Source of the DNA: Candidatus Limnocylindrales bacterium
Lineage (GTDB): Bacteria > Chloroflexota > Limnocylindria > Limnocylindrales > CSP1-4
Assembly: GCA_038915165.1 (NCBI GenBank)
Contig: JBCLDE010000002.1
Location: 7,154 to 71,153 of the forward strand
DNA length: 64,000 bases
Reading direction: 5' to 3'
The notes beneath the pieces are model-generated. The model was not told where the DNA came from. It saw only the letters and a program-made list of their open reading frames with translations, and did no database searches. A program made the translations under genes and the position numbers. Positions 1-8,052 of this stretch are shown here, piece after piece (position 1 is the stretch's first letter; every line of letters starts with the position of its first letter).

Positions 1-1233
1 CGGATCGACGCCCGTCTCGATGGCAAGGCGGCCGTGCTGCACCTGCATCCGGAATTCACCGTGCATCGGGATGAAGTGCTTGGGCTTGGTCAGCCCGAGC
101 ATGAGCTTCAACTCCTCCTGGCTGGCGTGCCCCGACACATGCGCGCGCTTGATCGCGTGGTAGTACACGTTCGCGCCGGCCTTGAACAGGTTATCGATGG
201 TCCGGGAGACGTACTCCTCGTTCCCGGGGATGGGGCTGGCGCTGACGATGACCGTGTCGCCGGGCTTGATCTCGACGAAACGATGGTCGCGATTGGCCAT
301 CCGGGCGAGGCCGGCCATCGGCTCGCCCTGGGCGCCGGTGGTGGCGATGACGAGCTTGGCGTCCGGGTGATCCTTGATCTTGTCCTTCGGCACGATCCGT
401 GACGGGTCGTACTTGAGGTAGCCCAGATCGGTCGCGATCCGGAAGTTCTGCTCCATGGATCGGCCGATGACCGAGACGCTGCGGTTCATGTCCGCCGCGG
501 CGTCGAGGACCTGCTGGATGCGGGCGATGTTGCTCGCGAAGGTCGCGACGATGACTCGCCCGGTGAGCGGCTCCATGATCTCGCGGAAGGCATCGCCGAC
601 CGTTCGCTCGGAAGGCGTGTAGCCCGGGTTCTCCGCCCGGGTCGAGTCGGAGAGGAGGCACAGGACGCCCTGCTCGCCGAGTCGAGCGAGGATGGCGAAG
701 TCCGACAGCTTGCCGTCGACCGGCGTGTGGTCGAACTTGAAGTCGCCGGTGTGGACGATCGTGCCGACCGGGGTCCGCAACGCGATGCCCATGGCGTCCG
801 GGATGGAATGGCCCACCCGGAAGGGCATGACATGAAACGCCCCGATGTCGATCTCGTCGCCGGGTTCCAGGGCGACGAGCGGGTTGTTGTGGAGCTTGTG
901 CTCCTTGATCTTGTTGCCGAGCAGGCCTCGGGCGAGTTTCGACGCGTAGACGGGCACCCCCGGGAATTCGGGCAGCACGTACGGAAGCGCGCCGACATGG
1001 TCCTCATGGGCGTGGGTGATGAGGAAGGCCTTGACCTTGGAGCGGTTCTCCTTGAGGTAGGTGATGTCCGGGATGACGAGGTCGATGCCGAACATCTCCT
1101 CGTCGGGAAACATCAGCCCGCAGTCGATGACGACGATCTCGTCGCGGTACTCGAAGACGTACATGTTCTTGCCGATCTCGCCCACCCCGCCGAGCGGGAT
1201 GATCCGGAGCGGGTGGTCGTCCGTAGTTTGCAT
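1..1233 (-). CDS. rnj: Ribonuclease J (metallo-beta-lactamase/beta-CASP RNase). Starts with ATG at 1233; the C-terminus runs off the window start.
   Basis: The minus-strand frame translates to MQTTDDHPLRIIPLGGVGEIGKNMYVFEY...HAHEDHVGALPY...GDFKFDHTP. This has the HxHxDH metallo-beta-lactamase motif and beta-CASP region typical of RNase J. It is absent from the ORF track because it is truncated by the window edge. Confidence 0.85.
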   Translation of the reverse strand, partial: MQTTDDHPLRIIPLGGVGEIGKNMYVFEYRDEIVVIDCGLMFPDEEMFGIDLVIPDITYLKENRSKVKAFLITHAHEDHVGALPYVLPEFPGVPVYASKLARGLLGNKIKEHKLHNNPLVALEPGDEIDIGAFHVMPFRVGHSIPDAMGIALRTPVGTIVHTGDFKFDHTPVDGKLSDFAILARLGEQGVLCLLSDSTRAENPGYTPSERTVGDAFREIMEPLTGRVIVATFASNIARIQQVLDAAADMNRSVSVIGRSMEQNFRIATDLGYLKYDPSRIVPKDKIKDHPDAKLVIATTGAQGEPMAGLARMANRDHRFVEIKPGDTVIVSASPIPGNEEYVSRTIDNLFKAGANVYYHAIKRAHVSGHASQEELKLMLGLTKPKHFIPMHGEFRMQVQHGRLAIETGVDP

Positions 1234-1253
1234 CAGGGTCCTTGGTACGGGTT

Positions 1254-2003
1254 CTAAAAGAGTGTCAGCTGTGGGGCCGGCTCGTGAGCCGGCTGCGTCG
1301 TGGCGTCGGGCGACGGTGTCGCGGTCTCGGCGGTCAGTGTCGCGGTCTCGGCGGATACGTCGGCGGGGCGCTCGGTCGCGACGACCACGGTCGACTGGAT
1401 GACGGCCGCGCGGCGTCGGCGCGCGTCGATGAGCGCTGCCGGAACGTGGCTGATGTCGTCGTAGCTGTCACGCTCGATGGCGGGGGTACGCAGCGCCGCG
1501 GCAGGATGGTACATGGCGAAGACTAGCGCGGAACGCGCGCCGGTGGCGGGGTCGGCCGGCCGGACCGTGCCGTGGGCGGACGAGATCCTGACGCCCGGCA
1601 TGAACTGAGCCATGGAGTACCGGCCAAGCGTGACGATGACGGCTGGGTCGAGGATCTCCAGCTGGCGCTGCAGATAGGGCGCGCAGGCAGCGATCTCGTC
1701 GGGTTGCGGGTCCCGGTTCTGCGGCGGCCGGCATTTCACGACGTTGGTGATGAAGACATCCTGGCGGCGCCAGCCGATCGACCCAAGCAGCTTGACCAGC
1801 AGGTCCCCGGCGCGACCGATGAATGGTCGGCCCTCGCGGTCCTCATTGAACCCTGGGCCCTCGCCGACAAAGACGACCTCCGTGTCCGGGTCGCCTTCGC
1901 CTGGGACGGCCCGCGTACGACCTTCGTGGAGACGACAGTTCGTGCAGACACGGACCTCGGCGGCGATCGCCTCGAGCGCCGCCCGGCGCTCGACCTGGGT
2001 CAC
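1254..2003 (-). CDS. Family 4 uracil-DNA glycosylase (SPO1 DNA-polymerase-related UDG) with a repetitive Thr/Ala-rich C-terminal tail
   Basis: The N-terminus reads CTNCRLHEGRTRAVPGEGDPDTEVVFVGEGPGFNEDREGRPFIGRAGDLL...VVKCRPPQNR, the characteristic Cys cluster and GEGPG motif of family 4 UDG. The start is GTG. The tail ...AETATLTAETATPSPDATT is encoded by a 21-22 nt tandem duplication at about 1315-1358. Confidence 0.8.
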   Translation of the reverse strand: MTQVERRAALEAIAAEVRVCTNCRLHEGRTRAVPGEGDPDTEVVFVGEGPGFNEDREGRPFIGRAGDLLVKLLGSIGWRRQDVFITNVVKCRPPQNRDPQPDEIAACAPYLQRQLEILDPAVIVTLGRYSMAQFMPGVRISSAHGTVRPADPATGARSALVFAMYHPAAALRTPAIERDSYDDISHVPAALIDARRRRAAVIQSTVVVATERPADVSAETATLTAETATPSPDATTQPAHEPAPQLTLF

Positions 2004-3088
2004 GGCGCGACCTCGACGGCTCCGGGGGCGCGATACGGGCGGGCGCCCCGTGCCGCGGCAGAGCGGACCCAGTCGCGCTCGCGCAGCAACTCGGCGAGCT
2101 CCACGGCGTTCGTGGCCGCACCTTTGCGCAGGTTGTCCGAAACGACCCAGAAGGCGAGACCCCGATCGTCCGCGACGGACACATCACGCCGGATCCGGCC
2201 GACGAAGATCTCGTCGCGGCCGGCCGCCTGGGTCGCCAGCGGGTAGCGATGTGTGGCCGGATCGTCCTGGACCACGACGCCGGGCACCGCGGCGAACAGC
2301 TGGCGGGCACGTTCCGGGCTGATGGGCCCGCGCGTCTCGACGTGGACGGCTTCGGAGTGGCTCACGAAGACCGGAACGCGGACGGCCGTGCACGAGATAC
2401 GGAGGTCCGGCATCCCCAGGATCTTGCGGTTCTCCGTGACGATCTTCCACTCTTCCTTGGTATAGCCATTGGGCAGAAAGTCGTCGATCTCGGGAAGCGC
2501 GTTGAAGGCGATCGGATGCGGATAGACCGAAGCCGTCTTGGCTTCACCGTTGACGTGGGCTCGGATCTGGCTCTCGAGCTCTGCCAGCGCGGCCGCCCCG
2601 GTTCCAGAGACAGACTGGTAGGTGTCAACCACCACACGCTCCAGACCGACGGTGTCGCGCAGGGCCATGAGGACAGGCGCAAGCTGCATCGTGGAGCAGT
2701 TCGGGTTAGCCACGATGCCCGGGTGACCCTCCATATCGTCGGGATTGACCTGCGATACGACGAGCGGGACGGTCGGGTCCATCCGCCAGGCCGAGGAGTT
2801 GTCGATGACCGTCGCACCGCGCGCGACGGCGGCGTGGGCCAACTCGAGCGAGACGTCACCACCGGCCGAGAAGAGCGCGATATCGACGCCGTCGAACGCA
2901 TCCGGCGTGGCCTCGCTGATCTCCAGCGTCCGACCATCGATGGAGACGGTCCGACCGGCCGAGCGGCCGGACGCGAGCAGACGCAACTCACCGACCGGGA
3001 ATCCCCGCTCGTTGAGGACTTGGATCATCGTCCGCCCGACGACGCCGGTGGCTCCGACGACGGCAACGGTAAGGGGTTGACGGTTCAT
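2000..3088 (-). CDS. asd: Aspartate-semialdehyde dehydrogenase
   Basis: The ORF track gives a 503-aa frame. The real start is the internal ATG at 3086-3088 (MNRQPLTVAVVGATGVVGR..., a Rossmann motif). The motif ...NPNCSTMQLAPVLMAL... carries the active-site Cys and QSVSGTG follows downstream. The N-terminal 141 codons of the track ORF are low-complexity read-through. Confidence 0.9.
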   Translation of the reverse strand: MNRQPLTVAVVGATGVVGRTMIQVLNERGFPVGELRLLASGRSAGRTVSIDGRTLEISEATPDAFDGVDIALFSAGGDVSLELAHAAVARGATVIDNSSAWRMDPTVPLVVSQVNPDDMEGHPGIVANPNCSTMQLAPVLMALRDTVGLERVVVDTYQSVSGTGAAALAELESQIRAHVNGEAKTASVYPHPIAFNALPEIDDFLPNGYTKEEWKIVTENRKILGMPDLRISCTAVRVPVFVSHSEAVHVETRGPISPERARQLFAAVPGVVVQDDPATHRYPLATQAAGRDEIFVGRIRRDVSVADDRGLAFWVVSDNLRKGAATNAVELAELLRERDWVRSAAARGARPYRAPGAVEVAP

Positions 3089-3200
3089 AAGGGCACGGCT
3101 CCGCTCGTCCTGTCGCAGGATCGGGCACGGCCCAAGTATAGCAGCGACCCTGATCCAGACCGCCATCGAGAACTTCGGGGCGAGGCCGAACACGAAGGAG

Positions 3201-3218
3201 CCGCCGGTCGTCCGGCGG
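3201..3218 (-). terminator. Candidate intrinsic terminator downstream of pnp: the palindrome ccgccgg-tcgt-ccggcgg followed on the minus transcript by a U-containing tract (cuccuucguguu)
   Basis: A 7-bp GC stem with a 4-nt loop sits 34 nt after the pnp stop. The U tract is imperfect, as is typical for high-GC genomes. Confidence 0.35.
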
Positions 3219-3251
3219 CTCGTCGCGAGTGGCGGTCGAGGGTTGCGGACC

Positions 3252-5834
3252 CTATGCCGGGTCCTTGGCCAGGTGACGCTGCATGGCGGCCTTGCGCGAC
3301 AGGTTGACTCGGCCCTGGCGGTCCACTTCGAGCACGACGACCATGATCTCGTCGCCGACGGACACGACGTCCTCGACGGTGGGAACGTGGTAGTCGGCCA
3401 GTTCGCCGATGCGGACCAGACCTTCCTTGCCGGGCATGATCTCCACGAAGGCACCGAAGCCCATGATCCGGGTGACCTTGCCCATGTACAGGGCACCCAC
3501 CTCGACCTCACGGGTCAGGCTGTTGATCCAGTCGATCGCCTTGCGAGCATTGTCGCCGGAAACGGCCGCGATCTCAACCGTGCCGTCGTCCTGGACATTG
3601 ATCTCCGTGGACGTCTCTTCCTGGATCTTTCGGATCATCGACCCACCCTTGCCGATGATCTCGCGGATCTTCTCGGGGTTGATCTTGATCGTCGTGATAC
3701 GCGGGGCGAAGTCGCTCATGTCCGAGCGGGCCTCCGGCATGACCTGGGTCATCTTGTCAAGGATCTCCAGGCGGGCCGCCAGCGCTTGCTTGAGACCGCC
3801 GCGGATGATCGCCTCGTTGATCCCCTGGACCTTGATGTCCATCTGCAGGGCGGTGATGCCGTCCCGCGTTCCGGTCACCTTGAAGTCCATGTCGCCGACG
3901 GAGTCCTCCTTGCCGAGGATGTCGGTCAGGACCACGAACCGGCCATCCGGTTCGCTGATCAGGCCCATCGCCACGCCGGCGACCGGCGCCTTGATCGGCA
4001 CGCCCGCGTCCATGAGGGCGAGCGTCGAGCCGCACGTCGAGGCCATCGATGTCGAGCCGTTGGAGGACAGGCACTCCGACACCAGCCGGATGACGTACGG
4101 GAACTCATCGTGGCTCGGCAGGACCGGGATGAGCGCCCGCTCGGCCAGATTGCCATGCCCGATATCGCGCCGGCTCGGCCCGCGCATCGGCTTGTTCTCG
4201 CCCGTCGAATAGGGCGGGAAGTTGTAATGGTGGAGGTAGCGCTTCTCTGTCCTGGGACTGATCGTGTCGATTCGCTGGACGTCGGAGGAAGAACCGAGCG
4301 TCGCGATCGTCAAGACCTGGGTCTCGCCACGGGTGAACAGACCGGAGCCGTGCGCCCGCGGCAGCAGCCCGACCTCGACCGAGATCTGGCGGAGCTCCGT
4401 CAGGCCGCGGCCGTCCATCCGGATCCCCTCGTCGAGGGCCAGTTGGCGGCAGGTCTTCTTGTAGACAAGGTTGAACAGGCTCTTGCTGACGCGCGCCTCC
4501 CGGCGAGCGGCCTCCAGCAGACCCTTGACGTCGCCGCCGGTCCTGTTGGCGCGGACCGAGTTCGCGACCCCTTCACGGAGGCCGGTGATCCGACCAGGCA
4601 AGTCATTGCCGAACCAGATCAGGAGGTTCGCCGTGGCCTCGGCATCGGGCAGTGCCCGATGGGCCTGCGCGAGTTCGATGCCGAAGAAGTGCGACAGTGT
4701 CGGGAGCTTGTAGTTCTCGAGGTCCGGATAGCCTTCGCGGGCGATCACCAGAGTGTCGAGATACCGGCCCTGCTCGAAATGGGTCCCATCGCCGAGGGCG
4801 GCCTCGAGGAAGCCCAGGTCAAACCCGACCGAATGGCCGACGACGAGCGAGTCGCCGATGAACTTGATGGCCTGCTTTGCGGCATCGACCGGCTTGGGGG
4901 CCTTCTTGACGTCCGCGTCCATGATGCCGTGCATCTGGTTGCCCAGGATCGGCCGGCCGGGATTCACGAGGGTTGACCAACGATCGACGATCTTCCCGCC
5001 CTTGACCCTGACCGCGGCGATCTCGACCAGATCCGCCATCTTCGGGTCCGTGCCGGTCGTTTCGACGTCGACGACGACGAACTCGCGACCATCGACGACG
5101 GCCTTGGTGAAGTCCAGGACCGAACCGGTGCCGGCCTCCAGGAATGGGGTGCTCTTCGCCTTGCCGACCGCCTTGCGGAGCTCGTCCTGGATGTCGATCA
5201 GCGGCTGGAGCGCGCGATGACCGAACAGGATCGCCTCGGCCATGACATCTTCAGGCAGGAGCTTGGCCCCGGCCTCGACCATCATGATCGCGTCGCGCGT
5301 GCCGGAAACGATCAGGTCGAGTTCCGATTCTGCGAGCTGGCTGAACGTCGGGTTGACGACGAATTCGCCGCCGATCCGGCCGATGCGCACGGCCCCGACC
5401 GGCCCCTGGAACGGGATTTCGCTGATGGTCAGCGCGGCAGACGCGGCGATCGTCCCGAGGACGTCCGGCTCGTTCTCCTGGTCCGTTGAGAGGATCGTGA
5501 TGACCAGCTGGATATCGTCCTTGTAGCCCTCGGGGAACAGTGGGCGGATCGGACGGTCGGTCAGGCGGGCGGCCAGGGTGGCAGCCTCCGAGGCTCGCGC
5601 CTCGCGCTTGATGAACCCGCCCGGGATCTTGCCGGCGGCGTACATCCGTTCCTCGAACTCCACCGTCAGAGGGAAGAAGTCGAGACCGGGACGAGGATCG
5701 GACCGGTTGGCCGTGCCGAGCACGAACGTGTCACCGTATCGAACGGTGACGGCGCCGCCGGCGAGCCGTGCAAGCTTGCCCGTCTCGATGGTCAGCGTGC
5801 GGCCACCGAGCTGCGTCTCGAACGTGTGAGTCAA
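3252..5834 (-). CDS. pnp: Polynucleotide phosphorylase (860 aa) carrying an inserted DEDDh 3'-5' exonuclease domain between RNase PH core 1 and core 2. The start codon is TTG.
   Basis: The N-terminal RNase PH core is MTHTFETQLGGRTLTIETGKLARLAGGAVTVRYGDTFVLGTA... The second core is ...GRGLTELRQISVEVGLLPRAHGSGLFTRGETQ... The KH domain (IREIIGKGGSMIRKIQEETS) and S1 domain (GALYMGKVTRIMGFGAFVEIMPGKEGLVRIGELAD) are present. Residues about 248-412 carry the inserted exonuclease. An AAGGAGG SD lies upstream of the TTG. Confidence 0.9.
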   Translation of the reverse strand: MTHTFETQLGGRTLTIETGKLARLAGGAVTVRYGDTFVLGTANRSDPRPGLDFFPLTVEFEERMYAAGKIPGGFIKREARASEAATLAARLTDRPIRPLFPEGYKDDIQLVITILSTDQENEPDVLGTIAASAALTISEIPFQGPVGAVRIGRIGGEFVVNPTFSQLAESELDLIVSGTRDAIMMVEAGAKLLPEDVMAEAILFGHRALQPLIDIQDELRKAVGKAKSTPFLEAGTGSVLDFTKAVVDGREFVVVDVETTGTDPKMADLVEIAAVRVKGGKIVDRWSTLVNPGRPILGNQMHGIMDADVKKAPKPVDAAKQAIKFIGDSLVVGHSVGFDLGFLEAALGDGTHFEQGRYLDTLVIAREGYPDLENYKLPTLSHFFGIELAQAHRALPDAEATANLLIWFGNDLPGRITGLREGVANSVRANRTGGDVKGLLEAARREARVSKSLFNLVYKKTCRQLALDEGIRMDGRGLTELRQISVEVGLLPRAHGSGLFTRGETQVLTIATLGSSSDVQRIDTISPRTEKRYLHHYNFPPYSTGENKPMRGPSRRDIGHGNLAERALIPVLPSHDEFPYVIRLVSECLSSNGSTSMASTCGSTLALMDAGVPIKAPVAGVAMGLISEPDGRFVVLTDILGKEDSVGDMDFKVTGTRDGITALQMDIKVQGINEAIIRGGLKQALAARLEILDKMTQVMPEARSDMSDFAPRITTIKINPEKIREIIGKGGSMIRKIQEETSTEINVQDDGTVEIAAVSGDNARKAIDWINSLTREVEVGALYMGKVTRIMGFGAFVEIMPGKEGLVRIGELADYHVPTVEDVVSVGDEIMVVVLEVDRQGRVNLSRKAAMQRHLAKDPA
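4599..5093 (-). other. DnaQ/RNase T-like DEDDh exonuclease domain embedded in PNPase, at the position of the alpha-helical domain
   Basis: Exo I motif is FVVVDVETTG (D, E). Exo II motif is LVVGHSVGFDLGFL (D). Exo III motif is YKLPTLSHFFGIELAQAHRALPDAEATANLL (H...D). All five catalytic residues of the DEDDh superfamily are present and in order. Confidence 0.7.
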
Positions 5835-5920
5835 GGGAACAGTTCCTCCTTGATCGTGGAGGAGGGCGACGACCTTTGAGCGGGTGGGCCGACTTCGCGG
5901 GCTGAGCGTCGAACGCGACG

Positions 5921-5945
5921 GGACCCCGGGCGATGCCCAGGGTCC
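5921..5945 (-). promoter_or_regulatory. GC-rich stem-loop (11 bp stem, 3 nt loop) in the rpsO-pnp intergenic/pnp leader. It is a candidate RNase III processing/autoregulatory hairpin. A second small hairpin (cctcct...aggagg, about 5845-5866) could sequester the pnp SD.
   Basis: The plus strand reads ggaccccgggc-gat-gcccagggtcc. No U tract follows, so it is unlikely to be a simple terminator. In other bacteria the pnp leader carries an RNase III-cleaved hairpin used for autoregulation. Confidence 0.35.
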
Positions 5946-5958
5946 AGGAGCGGCGGCG

Positions 5959-6228
5959 CTAGCGGCGGAGTCCGAGCCGTCCGATGACGACTCGGTAACG
6001 CGCGCTGTCCTTCTTCATGAGATACGCAAGAAGGCGGCGGCGCTGGCCGACGAGCTTGAGGAGGCCGCGGCGCGAATGATTGTCCTTGGGAAAGCTACGA
6101 AGATGCCCGGTCAGCTCCTTGATCCGCTCCGTCAGGAGCGCGACCTGGACCTCCGGCGACCCGGTGTCACCCTCTTTGGTGGCGAACCCGGTGATGATCT
6201 CCTGCTTCTCTTCCCGCGCGAGCGGCAC
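5959..6228 (-). CDS. rpsO: 30S ribosomal protein S15
   Basis: The frame gives (V)[72 protein letters not shown] start at 6226-6228 with GGAGG 5 nt upstream. The ORF-track start at 6330 adds 34 implausible residues. Confidence 0.9.
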   Translation of the reverse strand: MPLAREEKQEIITGFATKEGDTGSPEVQVALLTERIKELTGHLRSFPKDNHSRRGLLKLVGQRRRLLAYLMKKDSARYRVVIGRLGLRR

Positions 6229-6320
6229 TCGTTCCTCCGAACACGACGTGTTTACGTGATGTCTTCCATCTTTGACCGGCGGATCGTAGCAGGCTCCACC
6301 GGATGCGGCAAACGGCTGCA

Positions 6321-6374
6321 CGGCGGTCACGCGGCGGCGGTCACGCGGCGGCGGTCACGCGGCGGCGGTCACCG
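6321..6374. repeat. Tandem repeat, 14-nt unit (tcacgcggcggcgg) x about 3.8, in the rpsO/adenosyltransferase divergent spacer
   Basis: Direct reading of the sequence: cggcggtcacgcggcggcggtcacgcggcggcggtcacgcggcggcggtcacc. Confidence 0.9.
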
Positions 6375-6575
6375 GCCCTGCCGACCGGCCCGCGGCCATC
6401 GCCCGGGCCATTCGCGTGTTCCACCACGGAACGGTTTCGCGATGAATGCCTCGTGGATGGAAGCCGATGATGCGTCCCGCTGCAGTCTGGGTGAAGGATC
6501 ACGCTCAGCTGTGCGAAAACCGTTCCGGGGCGGAACACTTGGCTGATGCGGGGCCTCGTGCCGACCGTTGGCTCG

Positions 6576-6607
6576 CCCGCTCTTGCCCGCTCTTGCCCGC
6601 TCTTGCC
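6576..6607. repeat. Tandem repeat, 10-nt unit (tcttgcccgc) x about 3.5, immediately upstream of the adenosyltransferase start
   Basis: The sequence reads cccgctcttgcccgctcttgcccgctcttgcc. Confidence 0.9.
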
Positions 6608-6646
6608 ATGCCCCCGCCCACGTCTGGAGTGCAGCATAATGCGGCC

Positions 6647-7210
6647 ATGCCGCGCCTGACGAGGATCTACACGAAGACCGGTGATAAGGGGACGACCGGC
6701 CTGGGCGGTGGCGAGCGCGTCCCGAAGGATTCGCCCCGAGTGGCCGCCTACGGCACGGTCGACGAACTGAACTCGCAGCTCGGCCTCGCGTTGGCGACCG
6801 GACTGTGCGAGCGCCTTGCCGCGGTCCTGCCCGGAATCCAGAACGAGCTGTTCGACGTTGGCTCCGACTTGTGCTGGCCGTCCGAGGACCCACGCCGGTC
6901 GCGGATACCGACCGTGGAAGCCCGCCACGTCGAAGCGCTTGAGCGCCTCATCGACGAGCTCAACGAGGTCGTCGGACCGCTCGCGAACTTCCTCCTGCCG
7001 GGCGGATCGACGGGCGCGGCCCAGCTCCATGTCGCGCGGACGGTCTGCCGCCGTGCCGAGCGCGAGACCGTCGGCCTGGCCCGTGATGCGACGATCGGCG
7101 AGTTCGTCATCCCCTACCTCAACCGCCTTTCGGACGCGCTGTTCGTCATGGCTCGCTACGAGAACCACGAACGCGGCGTCGCTGAGCCGCTCTGGCGACC
7201 GGGGTTCTAG
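6647..7210 (+). CDS. PduO-type ATP:cob(I)alamin adenosyltransferase (MMAB family)
   Basis: The protein reads [48 protein letters not shown]...ELFDVGSDL..., the hallmark N-terminus of PduO-type ATR. The ORF track starts at 6446; the internal ATG at 6647 matches the family start. Confidence 0.8.
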   Translation: MPRLTRIYTKTGDKGTTGLGGGERVPKDSPRVAAYGTVDELNSQLGLALATGLCERLAAVLPGIQNELFDVGSDLCWPSEDPRRSRIPTVEARHVEALERLIDELNEVVGPLANFLLPGGSTGAAQLHVARTVCRRAERETVGLARDATIGEFVIPYLNRLSDALFVMARYENHERGVAEPLWRPGF

Positions 7211-7277
7211 CGCGGCGTCGGCCCGCGGTCAGAGCCGCCCAGCGGAACTCGGCGTCCGTCGGGCGTCGGCGCTGCGG

Positions 7278-8045
7278 TCACGCTCGAACGGCACCCGACC
7301 GCGACGGGACGAACCCGATCACGGCTCGTTCCGTGAGTGGCTGGCCGGGCACGTAGGCCACGCCGTCGCGGATCTCCAGGGTGCGCACGACTCCGAGGAG
7401 GTCGACCGGATAACGCCCATCCGGCGGCATCGCCATCGGCATGGCGAAACGCAGATGACCATCAGGGTCGATCGCACCGGTCAGGGTCAGTTGGCGCCCC
7501 AGCAGTTCGCGGGCCGCGTCGAGGTCGCCAACCGCGATCGCGTCGCGGATATCGGTACTGCGCACAGGCCGGCCATCGAGCATCAGTGGCGGCACGACGA
7601 CGACGTCGAACCCGTCACGAGCCCCGAGATCGCGTACGGCTTCCGGGGTCCCGCGCCGCTCGAAGCCGAAGGCGGCGTCCGGGGTCATGAGGAAGCCGGT
7701 GAGCACGAGCCGTGACCGGATGCGTTCGATGAAGACGTCGTATGGCGTTTGGCGAAGGGCAGCATCGAAGTGCTGCACCACGGTGACCTCGATCCCGGCG
7801 TCGGAGAGCCGCTCCAGGCGTTCCTGCGGGTCCAGGAGGAGCGGTGGCGCCAGGCCCATCAGCACCTCGTCGGGATGATGGTCGAAGGTGATGACGACGG
7901 GCTTCGCGCCCCGGCTGCCCGACTCTGCCACGAGCCGTTCGAGCAGGTAGCGATGACCGACGTGGAGCCCATCGAAGACGCCGACGACGACGAAGGCCGG
8001 CCCGTCATCCACCACCAGGGCGTCGATCCCCTGGACCACGTTCAT
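7278..8045 (-). CDS. ribF: FAD synthetase (FMN adenylyltransferase) of the RibF family with a truncated/degenerate C-terminal riboflavin-kinase domain
   Basis: The FMN adenylyltransferase region VVVGVFDGLHVGHRYLLERL...VVITFDHHP is intact. The C-terminal 65 aa (LTLTGAIDPDGHLRFAMPMAMPPDGRYPVDLLGV...) only loosely resemble the riboflavin-kinase fold. They lack the GRxLGFPTAN motif and the distal half of the domain. Start is ATG at 8045; the ORF-track N-terminal 111 codons are overlap junk. Confidence 0.75.
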   Translation of the reverse strand: MNVVQGIDALVVDDGPAFVVVGVFDGLHVGHRYLLERLVAESGSRGAKPVVITFDHHPDEVLMGLAPPLLLDPQERLERLSDAGIEVTVVQHFDAALRQTPYDVFIERIRSRLVLTGFLMTPDAAFGFERRGTPEAVRDLGARDGFDVVVVPPLMLDGRPVRSTDIRDAIAVGDLDAARELLGRQLTLTGAIDPDGHLRFAMPMAMPPDGRYPVDLLGVVRTLEIRDGVAYVPGQPLTERAVIGFVPSRSGAVRA

Positions 8046-8052
8046 CTGGTCT

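Noticed and set aside
3243-4976. Long plus-strand ORF (577 aa) antisense to pnp. Similar antisense giants include 14173-16233 (+), 17742-19409 (+), 32700-35369 (+), 40919-42814 (+), 52400-53143 (+) and many 100-300 aa Arg/Pro/Gly-rich frames.
   Set aside because: These are typical stop-codon-poor shadow frames of a 70 % GC genome. Their translations are Arg/Ala/Gly/Pro-rich with no motifs, whereas the opposite strand encodes well-recognised proteins.
6440-6530. Calling the stem-enclosed element upstream of the adenosyltransferase gene a cobalamin riboswitch
   Set aside because: I could not find a bona fide B12 box or the conserved junction sequences by eye. It is kept only as a generic structured-RNA candidate in the findings.
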